Below are positions 49,157 to 58,099 of a DNA stretch of 64,000 nucleotides, piece by piece. Both the position numbers and the translations under genes were made by a program. Source of the stretch: an uncultured Nitrososphaerota archaeon (GTDB taxonomy: Archaea; Thermoproteota; Nitrososphaeria; Nitrososphaerales; CADDZS01); NCBI GenBank assembly GCA_963799845.1, contig CAWCYI010000006.1, positions 722,547-786,546 on the forward strand, given 5' to 3'. Below the pieces are notes generated by a model. The model searched no databases, was not told where the DNA came from, and saw only the letters and a list, made by a program, of their open reading frames with translations. Every line of letters starts with the position of its first letter. Within the stretch, counting starts at the first letter, position 1.

Positions 49157-49825
49157 CTAAACTTTCTTGACGATAAAGTGGTAAAGATTTTCCTCCCGTC
49201 TAGTCTCGACCAGCTCGTTTCCGGTCTGCATCGACCAGCGGACCATTTCAATGTCAGCGGTAGGATCGTCTGTCACCAAATGAACCACGTAGCCCCTCGG
49301 CTTGTCCGAGAGGAGTTCGCTCAGATTTGCCAGAGTGGTCGTACATTCTGTTCCAATCGAATACATGTCTTCATCGGGAAGAAGTTTGAAGCATCTTATC
49401 CTGAGTTCTCTAATTCTTGAAAGCAGCTTTTCCCTCGCATCCGATCCAAGGGAAAGACCGTTGAGAGATCCTTCTTCAAAATCCTGATATTCGGCCATCC
49501 AATTCTCGTACGGAGACTCTGAGACCAGGGCAGGATTGGATAGGAGAACCTCGTTAAACCTCGAAATCTTTCCCTGGATTGGAGACCGAACCGCGCCGAA
49601 GTACCTTATTGATTCAATCGTCGCAATGCTCTGCCCTCTTTTTGTTTCGCCGATAATCGGGCGATATTTTATCCCTGAGATCTTTCCTGCGAGAAACACA
49701 AGAACGCTGGAGATTCCCATCCGACCAATTTTCCTTTGAGATCCGGTCTCAATCTTCTGGAACCAAACATCGTTTTCGACATCGTAGAAAAGCTTGTCCG
49801 GGAACTCGCAATGATCAATATTCAC
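49157..49825 (-). CDS. GcvH-like (lipoyl-Lys replaced by Arg) domain fused to TusA-like C-terminal domain
   Basis: The N-terminal half aligns with glycine-cleavage H protein (IATIESIRYFGAVRSPIQGKISRFNEVLLSNPALVSESPYENWM), with Arg where the lipoyl-Lys sits in ESVKA. The C-terminal half matches the TusA/SirA fold (IGTECTTTL...VVHLVTDDPTADIEMVRWSMQTGNELVETRREENLYHFIVKK). Confidence 0.6.
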   Translation of the reverse strand: MNIDHCEFPDKLFYDVENDVWFQKIETGSQRKIGRMGISSVLVFLAGKISGIKYRPIIGETKRGQSIATIESIRYFGAVRSPIQGKISRFNEVLLSNPALVSESPYENWMAEYQDFEEGSLNGLSLGSDAREKLLSRIRELRIRCFKLLPDEDMYSIGTECTTTLANLSELLSDKPRGYVVHLVTDDPTADIEMVRWSMQTGNELVETRREENLYHFIVKKV

Positions 49826-50013
49826 GCCGAAAATAATCCTCGCTTCTTATTGAATGACGATATGATAGCTCCCGCCTAATTAATGAAGGGATAGATGCAA
49901 CTCTGCATCGCGTTGATAGACAGAAATTAGGATAAGAAACTACGGGTGTGCGATAGTTTTGGAGAAACGACGCCTTAGAATCCTTAATAGCTAATTCAGC
50001 AGGCAAAAACGAC

Positions 50014-50451
50014 ATGAAAGACGAAACCAGAGATTATCTAGTTCAAGAGATGGGGAGGGTTCACGAAGTGTTCCAGACGCTGGATAGATATGATCCGGAG
50101 CTTGTTGATTCACTCGCCTCTCTGAGACGAAGCGCGATCCCCGGCCTGAATGATACCAAGGCTGTGCTGCCCGCAAAGTACCGGGAGCTGATCATGGTTG
50201 GAGTTGAGGCGGCCACGGGGCGGGGCGAGAAGGGTAAGAGCCACGCGCGAAAGGCGATTAGGGCCGGCGCTTCCCCAAAAGAAGTCCAGGAGGCGCTCGC
50301 CCTCTGCATCTACCTCGTTGGAATGAGCAGCTGGGTCGATGGCGGAATGGAATGCGTTCTCGCAGCTGAAGAAGAAGACGCCAAGATAAAGCGTGGGGAG
50401 AAATTCAACTGGACGGCGGAAGTTCCCTCGGCTCATTCGAAAAAGGAATGA
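50014..50451 (+). CDS. carboxymuconolactone decarboxylase (AhpD-like) family protein
   Basis: 145 aa matching the CMD domain pattern (PAKYRELIMVGVEAATG...ALALCIYLVGMSSWVDGG). Confidence 0.65.
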   Translation: MKDETRDYLVQEMGRVHEVFQTLDRYDPELVDSLASLRRSAIPGLNDTKAVLPAKYRELIMVGVEAATGRGEKGKSHARKAIRAGASPKEVQEALALCIYLVGMSSWVDGGMECVLAAEEEDAKIKRGEKFNWTAEVPSAHSKKE

Positions 50452-50497
50452 AGCGTCATCTTCGACAGTAATCATTGCGGTCGGTTAGGGCATACCA

Positions 50498-51496
50498 TTG
50501 AAATTCGGAGTAAGGCTTCCCAATTCGGGACCGCTTGCAAACCGGATAAACATCGTGGAGGTCGCCGAAGAAGCAGAGAATCTGGAATTTCACTCGGTCT
50601 GGGTTCACGATCACATCCTCTGGGGTACGGAACAGCACAGAACCCATCTCTCCGCGGGTTCCGCCGAAGCGCTTGAGGAGTCCCAGAGGCCGAATTTCTA
50701 CGAGTCGGTCACCACGCTTTCTTACATCGCCGGAAGAACGAAATCGGTGAAGCTCGGCGTAGCGGTACTCGTCTTGCCCCTCAGAAACCCGCTTGTTCTG
50801 GGAAAGCAGCTCGCCAACCTGGACGTTCTTTCCGAAGGCAGGTTGATCGTCGGGGTCGCGCCGGGTGCTCCCAATATTACAAAACACGAATTTGAGGCCG
50901 TCGGAGTGGATTACGAGCAACGCGGGAAAATCACCGATGAATACATCTCTGCTCTGAAAAAAATCTGGAACGAGAACCTCCCAACTTTCTCAGGGGCATT
51001 CTTGAATTTCAGTGATGCCCAGATATTTCCAAAGCCTCTGCAGAAGAATCTGAAAATCTTGATCGGAGGAGGCGAGAGAGGAATCAGCCCACGGGCGCTG
51101 AGAAGAGTGGTCGAGCTCGGCGACGGTTGGATACCGGCCTATCTGACTCCAGTCGAGATTAGGGACGGTGTTGCGAAGATCAATGAGGAGTTTCGGTCTC
51201 GGGGAAGGGATCCTTCCGGCTTGACAATCGTGCACGAGATGTTCACAGCAGTGGATAGTGATTCTTCACACGCAGCGGCATTAGCAGCAAAGAGCCTTTC
51301 GACCAATTTTGTCTCAGTCGAAGAAGGCATGAAGAGGAGCCTCGTTGGAAGTCCATCAGAACTTGTAAGGAAGCTTGAGCTTTATTCTTCTGCTGGAGTG
51401 AATGTTACTGAACTGAAATTTATTTATTCGGAAATTCTATCTTTGCTCAAGATGATGAAACTTTTCGCAGAGGAAATCCTGCCCTCGTTCAGCTAA
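50498..51496 (+). CDS. LLM-class F420-dependent oxidoreductase
   Basis: 332 aa LLM pattern (FHSVWVHDHI..., LILIGGGERG). Confidence 0.75.
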   Translation: MKFGVRLPNSGPLANRINIVEVAEEAENLEFHSVWVHDHILWGTEQHRTHLSAGSAEALEESQRPNFYESVTTLSYIAGRTKSVKLGVAVLVLPLRNPLVLGKQLANLDVLSEGRLIVGVAPGAPNITKHEFEAVGVDYEQRGKITDEYISALKKIWNENLPTFSGAFLNFSDAQIFPKPLQKNLKILIGGGERGISPRALRRVVELGDGWIPAYLTPVEIRDGVAKINEEFRSRGRDPSGLTIVHEMFTAVDSDSSHAAALAAKSLSTNFVSVEEGMKRSLVGSPSELVRKLELYSSAGVNVTELKFIYSEILSLLKMMKLFAEEILPSFS

Positions 51497-51898
51497 TCAA
51501 GTAAATCTCGACACGGCGCGAAGCACCGTAAAAAGCGCGCTGTGATTCTCCTGAGTTATCTCGGCAGCGTGCCTGAACCTTACCGAATCAAAGATCGATC
51601 CCTTGACATCGACCAGGCCGTTGCTGAAAGCCTCGTCCTGATCAATCTTTCCCGTCAGCATCCCGTAAAACAGGTCAGCGTTGGAGTAGAAGACAACGTC
51701 CGCATTCTCCAACTTGTGATCTATAAAATTGATTGAAGAATCTTTTGAGAAGACTACTCCGAACGGCTTTTCTCCGATCAGGTCAAACTCGATTCTGCTT
51801 TCCCACCCGAAGGTAAACTCCTTGACCTCCTTCGTCTTGCTCATGTAATCGACGAGAAGAGTTACCGCTCTTGCACATTTGCCGACCAATTTATTCAC
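51497..51898 (-). CDS. SCP2 sterol-carrier-like domain protein
   Basis: 133 aa with the SCP2 pattern (ADVVFYSNADLFYGMLTGKIDQDEAFSNGLVDVKGS). Confidence 0.65.
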   Translation of the reverse strand: MNKLVGKCARAVTLLVDYMSKTKEVKEFTFGWESRIEFDLIGEKPFGVVFSKDSSINFIDHKLENADVVFYSNADLFYGMLTGKIDQDEAFSNGLVDVKGSIFDSVRFRHAAEITQENHSALFTVLRAVSRFT

Positions 51899-51901
51899 CA
51901 G

Positions 51902-52414
51902 CTATTTCGGAATTGGAGCTCCAGCTTTTTCTTGCCGCAAACTTTTCGCGGCTGCAAATATAGATTCCAATATTCTTCCGTAACCTGTGCAACGGCAGAT
52001 GTTCCCCGCAAGAGCCTCCTGAATATCGACGAGTGAAGGGTCTGGATTTTTGTCGAGAAGGCACTTTGTCGAAATCATAATTCCACTCGTGCAGTAGCCG
52101 CACTGCAACCCGCCGTTAACAAGAAAGCTTTCCTGAATCATCGAGAGCGCGTCTCCTCCGATGCCATTGTTTGCGGCCAGCCCTTCAACGGTCAGTATCT
52201 CTTTCCCTTCCGCATACTGGGCCGGAAACATGCAGGAGTAAATGGCTTTCCCGTCGATAGAAACGGTGCAGGCTCCGCAGCCGCCGTAATCGCAGCCTCT
52301 CTTCGTCCCTATCATTCCTAACTCTTCCCGCAAAACACGCGACAGAGTATCGTACGGTTTCAGCCGTACGCTTTCCTCTCTGCCGTTAACTTTCAGGACA
52401 ACTGAATCTGTCAT
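51902..52414 (-). CDS. (2Fe-2S)-binding small subunit of molybdenum hydroxylase (CoxS/XdhC-type)
   Basis: CDYGGCGACTV and CGYCTSG cysteine motifs. Confidence 0.85.
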   Translation of the reverse strand: MTDSVVLKVNGREESVRLKPYDTLSRVLREELGMIGTKRGCDYGGCGACTVSIDGKAIYSCMFPAQYAEGKEILTVEGLAANNGIGGDALSMIQESFLVNGGLQCGYCTSGIMISTKCLLDKNPDPSLVDIQEALAGNICRCTGYGRILESIFAAAKSLRQEKAGAPIPK

Positions 52415-52415
52415 G

Positions 52416-53303
52416 CTATCCTCGGATCCTCTCGTATGCTTTCAAAACGCAATCGCGAAGAACGATCGGAAGGATCGCCATCTTGTACTCGCTCGACCCG
52501 TGAACGGACGGGAAGAGTTTTTCCTTTTCGAAAGCGTCCTCGGCAGCTTCCATGATCGCCTTTTCGTCAACCTGTTTCCCCAGAAGCTTCTTCTCAAATG
52601 CCGAGGCGCGAAGCGGTACTCTCTTTATTCCGCCGAGAAAGACCTTGATGGAGGATAGCTTACCGTCACCCTTGGTGGAGAGAGATACCGCCGCATTGAT
52701 CAGGTTAAAGTCGTAAGCGGTCCTCCCGATTTTTACGAAGGCAGATTTCTCCTCAGATTTTTTCGGAAGCAGTACTTCCTTTACGATTTCACCGTACTTT
52801 AATTTCGTCAAGAACGCGTCGATGTAAAAATTCTCAAGATTGGTTGAATACTCGGTGCCTTCCGGATTTAACACCCTGAGCGAAGCCCCGCACGCAAGAA
52901 GTGCGGTCGGAAGATCGACGATCGGAACGGAGATGCAGACCTCTCCTCCAATTGTTGCCACATTTCTGATCTGGATCGGACGTATCTCTCTGAGAGCATC
53001 GCCTATAGCCTCCAGCCCCATCCTCTCACCAACTCCTGATTCGAGCAAGTTCTGAAGTCTGGTTGTTGCGCCGATCGTCACGCTAGCCTTCTCGTCTTTG
53101 ATGTAATCAAGGCCGAGCTTCATTATCGAAACGACATGCTTTACTTCCGGAATGTATCCCCTCCTCGCCAGTTCATAAAAACCGGTTCCGCCGGCTATGA
53201 TGTGGGCGTGTTTTCCCTCGCTCTTCAGCTTGCCAAGCGCTTCCTCCTTTTTGTCGGTCAGGAGAAAGTCCCTGGTTCGAAATACCGCCAAGCTCAGATT
53301 CAA
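52416..53303 (-). CDS. FAD-binding medium subunit of molybdenum hydroxylase (CoxM-type)
   Basis: IIAGGTGFYELARRG FAD-binding pattern and the CO-dehydrogenase flavoprotein C-terminal domain. Confidence 0.8.
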   Translation of the reverse strand: MNLSLAVFRTRDFLLTDKKEEALGKLKSEGKHAHIIAGGTGFYELARRGYIPEVKHVVSIMKLGLDYIKDEKASVTIGATTRLQNLLESGVGERMGLEAIGDALREIRPIQIRNVATIGGEVCISVPIVDLPTALLACGASLRVLNPEGTEYSTNLENFYIDAFLTKLKYGEIVKEVLLPKKSEEKSAFVKIGRTAYDFNLINAAVSLSTKGDGKLSSIKVFLGGIKRVPLRASAFEKKLLGKQVDEKAIMEAAEDAFEKEKLFPSVHGSSEYKMAILPIVLRDCVLKAYERIRG

Positions 53304-53343
53304 GTCCAGTCGAGTGACTTATTTTCAAACCATCTAGAATGGT

Positions 53344-54345
53344 CTACTTTTCGAAGATCCATTCTCCATCTCTTATGATCGTCTTTCCGTCAATTTCCAC
53401 AGTTGGATATCTCACGGTCGCGTCGAGATGCCACTTTGAAACATTCTTTCCGCCCGGGTATGCGTGATGGTTATCACCGAGGGCGAAATGGACAGTGCCT
53501 AGTTTTCCCTTCTCAGACAGAGTTCCAAATTTCACGAGATGCCCTGAACCAAGAGAAAATTCAGCAACGACGTTCGAGCCTTCGTCAGCCGCAGCTAGGA
53601 CGCTCTTCAATTTTTCAGCTTCCTCTCCGCCCGTCACTTCGTAGGCCCTGCCGTTTTTTGCCTTTACAGTTATGTAGTTCTTGACTCCGTTTGGAGCAAC
53701 GACGTTCATCACGCCGTCCATGACGATCTGGCCGTTTGCGCTGTCTTCGATCGCGGCGTAGGCAACCTCGCCCCAGAGAGGCATCGGCCCCATCATCACC
53801 CCTTTCTGCCTGACCGGCGTTACCTTGAGCGGCGGCCTGCCTTTTATTGAAAGAGCGATGTCGGTCCCCTGTTTTGAAGTAACGTGAATTTTATCCGCAC
53901 CTTTGAAAATATCAATCAACGTGTCCGTTCTTTTCTCCACTTTGTCGATGTCTCCGTCAGTCAGACCCCAAGACCCCAGACCTTCTTCAACCGAAGCAAT
54001 CCTCGCCTGGTTATCAACTGTCTCGCGAACAGTCGTCGTATGGGCAAATCTATGCGCATAGTCGATCTCTGTTTTGATTATGATTACATCTGAATTTTTC
54101 ACCGCCGCACTCACGTGTTTCGGAGGCTCCGGTATTCCGGGAATCAGCAGTCCCTCAGCCACAATTGAGGAGATGTCCATCAGCGCGACATCCGCTCCGA
54201 CCGAGTTTGCCGCTGCCGCGAGAGCCTGGGCTTCTATCTCGTGATTACCATCGGCAAGCACCAGAACGCTTTCCCCCGGCTGTACCCGGTATCCCTTTCT
54301 AACGCATATCAGCGCCTCCTTCTCGGCGGTAATGAAAGAATGCAT
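53344..54345 (-). CDS. M29-like aminopeptidase family protein (tentative)
   Basis: 333 aa. The HFALGDNHHAYPGGKN...HLDATV pattern resembles thermophilic metalloaminopeptidases. The assignment is tentative. Confidence 0.45.
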   Translation of the reverse strand: MHSFITAEKEALICVRKGYRVQPGESVLVLADGNHEIEAQALAAAANSVGADVALMDISSIVAEGLLIPGIPEPPKHVSAAVKNSDVIIIKTEIDYAHRFAHTTTVRETVDNQARIASVEEGLGSWGLTDGDIDKVEKRTDTLIDIFKGADKIHVTSKQGTDIALSIKGRPPLKVTPVRQKGVMMGPMPLWGEVAYAAIEDSANGQIVMDGVMNVVAPNGVKNYITVKAKNGRAYEVTGGEEAEKLKSVLAAADEGSNVVAEFSLGSGHLVKFGTLSEKGKLGTVHFALGDNHHAYPGGKNVSKWHLDATVRYPTVEIDGKTIIRDGEWIFEK

Positions 54346-54548
54346 ATTGATTTTGATCTATGAGGAATTTTAGAAAAATCTTTGTGTCATACCTCTTTTA
54401 CTTTCAAAGAAAGAGTTCGGACAGTTCACGTGACGCTGGCAAAGCACCTATATTCGAATTGAAAGCAGGCGAAATGTAGGTTCAAAAGTCCTGATTTACG
54501 TTCATGCAATTCTTTTTTATCCAAAACTGATTCTAATCGAAACTCGGA

Positions 54549-55296
54549 ATGACGATCACATCCGCAAAGCTTTACCCGGGAAAGAAAATCGATCTTCACG
54601 CGCACATCGGTAATTTTGGCGGATGGGCGAATGTTTCTTGCACAGACGACCAATTAGTTCAATCAATGTTAGACTATAACGTCGAAAAATCTGCAGTTTA
54701 CTTTACCGACAACGAGCTCGTTAGAAAGGCTGTTCAGAAGTACCCTGACAAACTGCTCGGGTGTGTCTGGCCGAATCCGCATGAGGAGACCGCGGCGGAA
54801 AAAGTAAGGATTGCACTTTCAGAATGGGGTTTCAAAGGAATAAAACTGCACCCGTTATTCCAAGCTTTTCTTCCAAATGACGACATTGTGCATCCAATCA
54901 TGGAAGAAGCGCGCAGAGCTAACGTCCCGGTTTTGATTCACACCGGTCACTCTCCCTTTTCGCTTCCCTGGAGCGTTGGCGAACTGGCGGAGAAATTTCC
55001 TGATGTGAAGATTGTAATGCTGCACATGGGGGATGGCCACGGTCTTTACATCCAAGCTGCAATCAACACTGCCAAGCGTTTGGACAACATCTACCTCGAA
55101 ACTAGCGCGATGCCCATGGCTACGAAAATCAAGGAGGCGATGGACGTTGTCGGAAAGGATCGGGTTATGTACGGATCAGATATCCCGTTCGGCAACCCAC
55201 CGGTTGATATCGCGAAAGCTGACAGCTCTTGAGCTAAGTGACGAAGATTTTGAACTGTACTTTTACCGGAACGCGAAAAATCTGTTGAATGTCTAA
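54549..55296 (+). CDS. amidohydrolase-2 family metal-dependent hydrolase (TIM barrel) with apparent frameshift near 55200-55232
   Basis: IDLHAHIGNFGG (metal-binding HxH) and IHTGH. The expected C-terminal helix LTALELSDEDFELYFYRNAKNLL is in frame +1 (ORF 55033..55296). Confidence 0.65.
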
Positions 55297-55300
55297 CAGA

Positions 55301-57010
55301 CTACTCTGGGGGAATCTCGGCGAAAGAGAGGGAGAGGTCTATCTTCTGACTTCTCCTGATTCCGTATGCGATCCAGTATACCAAGAAGCATGCAACGAAG
55401 ATTCCGACGACAAATTCAAGGGATGTCGAAGTATAGAACGAGAGGAATCCCAGAGCTGGCCCGTTGATAAAGATGTAGGCGATGAACAGGTTTACGATCA
55501 GAGCCAGAATTCCAGCTATTGTAAGAATAGGGAATCCCCCGATTTTATATTTGGCCGCAGGTGATGCTTCATAAATTTGCTTTTTCCTAAATGGAAATAG
55601 AATCGCGGTTACGCTGATCAGAATGTAAGCTATTTGCGTTGCAAGTCCAGCGGTATCGAAGTAGCTAGTTGATGTATACTGGTAAATGATCAAGTACAGA
55701 AATGCCTCGCATCCAATCGCGGAAACTATGAGGGCAACTATGGGCGAGTGAGTTCTCGAGCTCACGTATGCCAGTTTGTCAGGCAGAACACGGTCAAGGG
55801 AAGAGGCGAGCATTATTCTCGTCGACGCGAAGTAAACTATGAGTATGACCTGGAATATACCAAATGTCGCACCAACCAAAATCAGCGTCCAGACTGTCGC
55901 ACTGCTGCTGATAGACGCAACTAATGCCGGATAGTAAGGCGTGTAGAGGAATGCCAGTGGGTTGGTCGAAGGATCGAATGTAGAATACAGGTTGAAGAAT
56001 GAGTGCAAGAACGGCAGCCCAATCACCGCTTCGAGAAGATACCATAGTGCGAGCAAAAATACGGCGAAAGTTAGAGCAGATCCGATTTGCATTGTCACTT
56101 GAGCTCTAAGATTTCCCGCCCTCTTTATTTCACCCAGATTGTAGATGCTCCAGAAGGCGTATCCGAAGGACAACCAAATAATGCCGAAGAGAAAAAGAGT
56201 ATTTTCCAAACTGAAGGATGAGCTATGAAGATTCGCTGTATTGATTATGTACTGGTAATAACCTCCAGCGGCATTTACGTTCGCCGTACTGATCTGGCTT
56301 TGATTTCCCGCGGCGATAAGTGGTGCAGTAAATGAATTCAGGCTTGATACGAATGCAGCGTGCGAGGTAGTTGCCAAAACTCCTAGGAGTGTCAGCGCAG
56401 AAATTGCACTGCCAGCAAAGAGCAAATACTGCAGTCTGACATAGAACCGAATTCCCAAAGCTGCAACGGCAAAACCAAGAATTATGATAAGAGTTGTGAT
56501 CTCAAACACGAGAGTATTGTCGTACTGCCCAAAGCCAGCTGCAAGCTGACCGGCAAAATTGGCATCACCTGCATTTGTCAATCCCAGAAGAGCAAATAGT
56601 GGCTGATATCCAATCGTTGTCATCACCACACCAAGAAAGCTCGCAAAATACCACTGCCAAACCGTCCAAGCGGAAAATGTCGAAGCAAATCCGATGGAAG
56701 GATGTAGCACCCTGCTCTGCCACACGTAATCGCCTCCAGCTCTAGGCATTGCCGATGATAGCATTGAAGTGGAAACATAGAATGGAATCGCCGAGACCGC
56801 CATCAGCAAAATTGCGAGTCCGATATTCGCTCCAAGGAAGGAAGAAGTATAGCCCACGGAAAATAGGGTAGCCCACGTAAACCCGTAAAATCCGATTGCC
56901 ATGAAATTATAGATGAACGCTTGACTGGTCGAAATCTCGCGGACGAGGCCGGACGAGTTTCTCGAAAAAATCTTTTGGGGGGGCTGACTGGGCGGTTGGT
57001 TAGATCCCAT
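55301..57010 (-). CDS. APC-family amino acid permease (paralog of 22948..24543)
   Basis: 12-TM protein with shared motif MPRAGGDYVW and a similar C-terminus (EIPPE). Confidence 0.8.
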   Translation of the reverse strand: MGSNQPPSQPPQKIFSRNSSGLVREISTSQAFIYNFMAIGFYGFTWATLFSVGYTSSFLGANIGLAILLMAVSAIPFYVSTSMLSSAMPRAGGDYVWQSRVLHPSIGFASTFSAWTVWQWYFASFLGVVMTTIGYQPLFALLGLTNAGDANFAGQLAAGFGQYDNTLVFEITTLIIILGFAVAALGIRFYVRLQYLLFAGSAISALTLLGVLATTSHAAFVSSLNSFTAPLIAAGNQSQISTANVNAAGGYYQYIINTANLHSSSFSLENTLFLFGIIWLSFGYAFWSIYNLGEIKRAGNLRAQVTMQIGSALTFAVFLLALWYLLEAVIGLPFLHSFFNLYSTFDPSTNPLAFLYTPYYPALVASISSSATVWTLILVGATFGIFQVILIVYFASTRIMLASSLDRVLPDKLAYVSSRTHSPIVALIVSAIGCEAFLYLIIYQYTSTSYFDTAGLATQIAYILISVTAILFPFRKKQIYEASPAAKYKIGGFPILTIAGILALIVNLFIAYIFINGPALGFLSFYTSTSLEFVVGIFVACFLVYWIAYGIRRSQKIDLSLSFAEIPPE

Positions 57011-57077
57011 TTGACGGCTGGGAAGCGCCTAATCTATAAATGCGTTCTTACATGTTTCACCGATTCATAAGGCAGGC

Positions 57078-58037
57078 CTAACCGGCCACGAACTGGTATG
57101 ATTTATACCCGGAATCATCGATGTTGACCAACACTCCCCTGAGCACACCTTCGCCGTATTCGCTACCGGGATTGATACACACTGACTTTCCGATCTTTGT
57201 GATGTTTTTAGATTCGTGAATGTGGCCATGCAACCCGAGCATCGGCTGATACTTTTCTATGGCGGCCCTCACAGCAGTCGAACCCGCTCCAAAAAGTACA
57301 ATGCCACCGGCATCCATCATGGGCTTCGGCGGATAAACTGAAGCGTCGAGTTTAGGGCAGGTATCGAGGCCGGAGTTGACCGGCGGACAGTGAAGATTGA
57401 ATATTGCAGATTTTGGATTTTCCAATAGGGCGATCTTATTCTCAAGCCGTCTCGCTATTTCTTCTTCTGGGAGGTCCCTTGGACAGTGCCACGGCGTGAG
57501 ATTTGCAAACCCCCCGGAAATCATCTCGTGCTTCGAATCGATCTTGACGACCTTGTCCTCCGGCTGAACTATTTTCTTGCTTGCGCGAAGAACATCATCC
57601 ACACCTTGTTCATCGTCATTTCCAGCGTTGACGTATAGAGGGGTAGTTGCATTCATGTCTGCAAAGTCGACCCATTCCGAAAGCCTCTGGAGGACTAGCT
57701 CGCTGAATATTTTCTCAGCTCTGAGATGATCCAGTGCGAGTTCGGAAAGCCGAGAGGCAGATCCAACATACATGTAAGTGCCATTAGTCCTCAGGGTATC
57801 TTCGAATCGTTTCAGCTCATCCTTATTTTTCATTACGTGTTTTTGTTCCTGAAACTCCGCCCAGTAGGTTCCGTCTGGATTCTCCGTCACGGGAACCACG
57901 TTCTTGCCAGTGACATCTCCTCCGATTATCAAAACGTCGGCCTTGTACCGTTCAGCTCCGCGAATGAATTTTTTCCAGACAGGATCGCTTCCGTGGACGT
58001 CGGTCGCAAACAAGATTCTGGTGAAACCGGATCCCAT
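57078..58037 (-). CDS. calcineurin-like metallophosphoesterase
   Basis: ILFATDVHGS and IIGGDVTGK metal-binding motifs, with GHIHE near the C-terminus. Confidence 0.75.
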   Translation of the reverse strand: MGSGFTRILFATDVHGSDPVWKKFIRGAERYKADVLIIGGDVTGKNVVPVTENPDGTYWAEFQEQKHVMKNKDELKRFEDTLRTNGTYMYVGSASRLSELALDHLRAEKIFSELVLQRLSEWVDFADMNATTPLYVNAGNDDEQGVDDVLRASKKIVQPEDKVVKIDSKHEMISGGFANLTPWHCPRDLPEEEIARRLENKIALLENPKSAIFNLHCPPVNSGLDTCPKLDASVYPPKPMMDAGGIVLFGAGSTAVRAAIEKYQPMLGLHGHIHESKNITKIGKSVCINPGSEYGEGVLRGVLVNIDDSGYKSYQFVAG

Positions 58038-58099
58038 TTCTCAGATCTACTGATTGAGCTCGGAATTAAAAAAGCAAATTGCCGGAAAAACGGTGGGGA

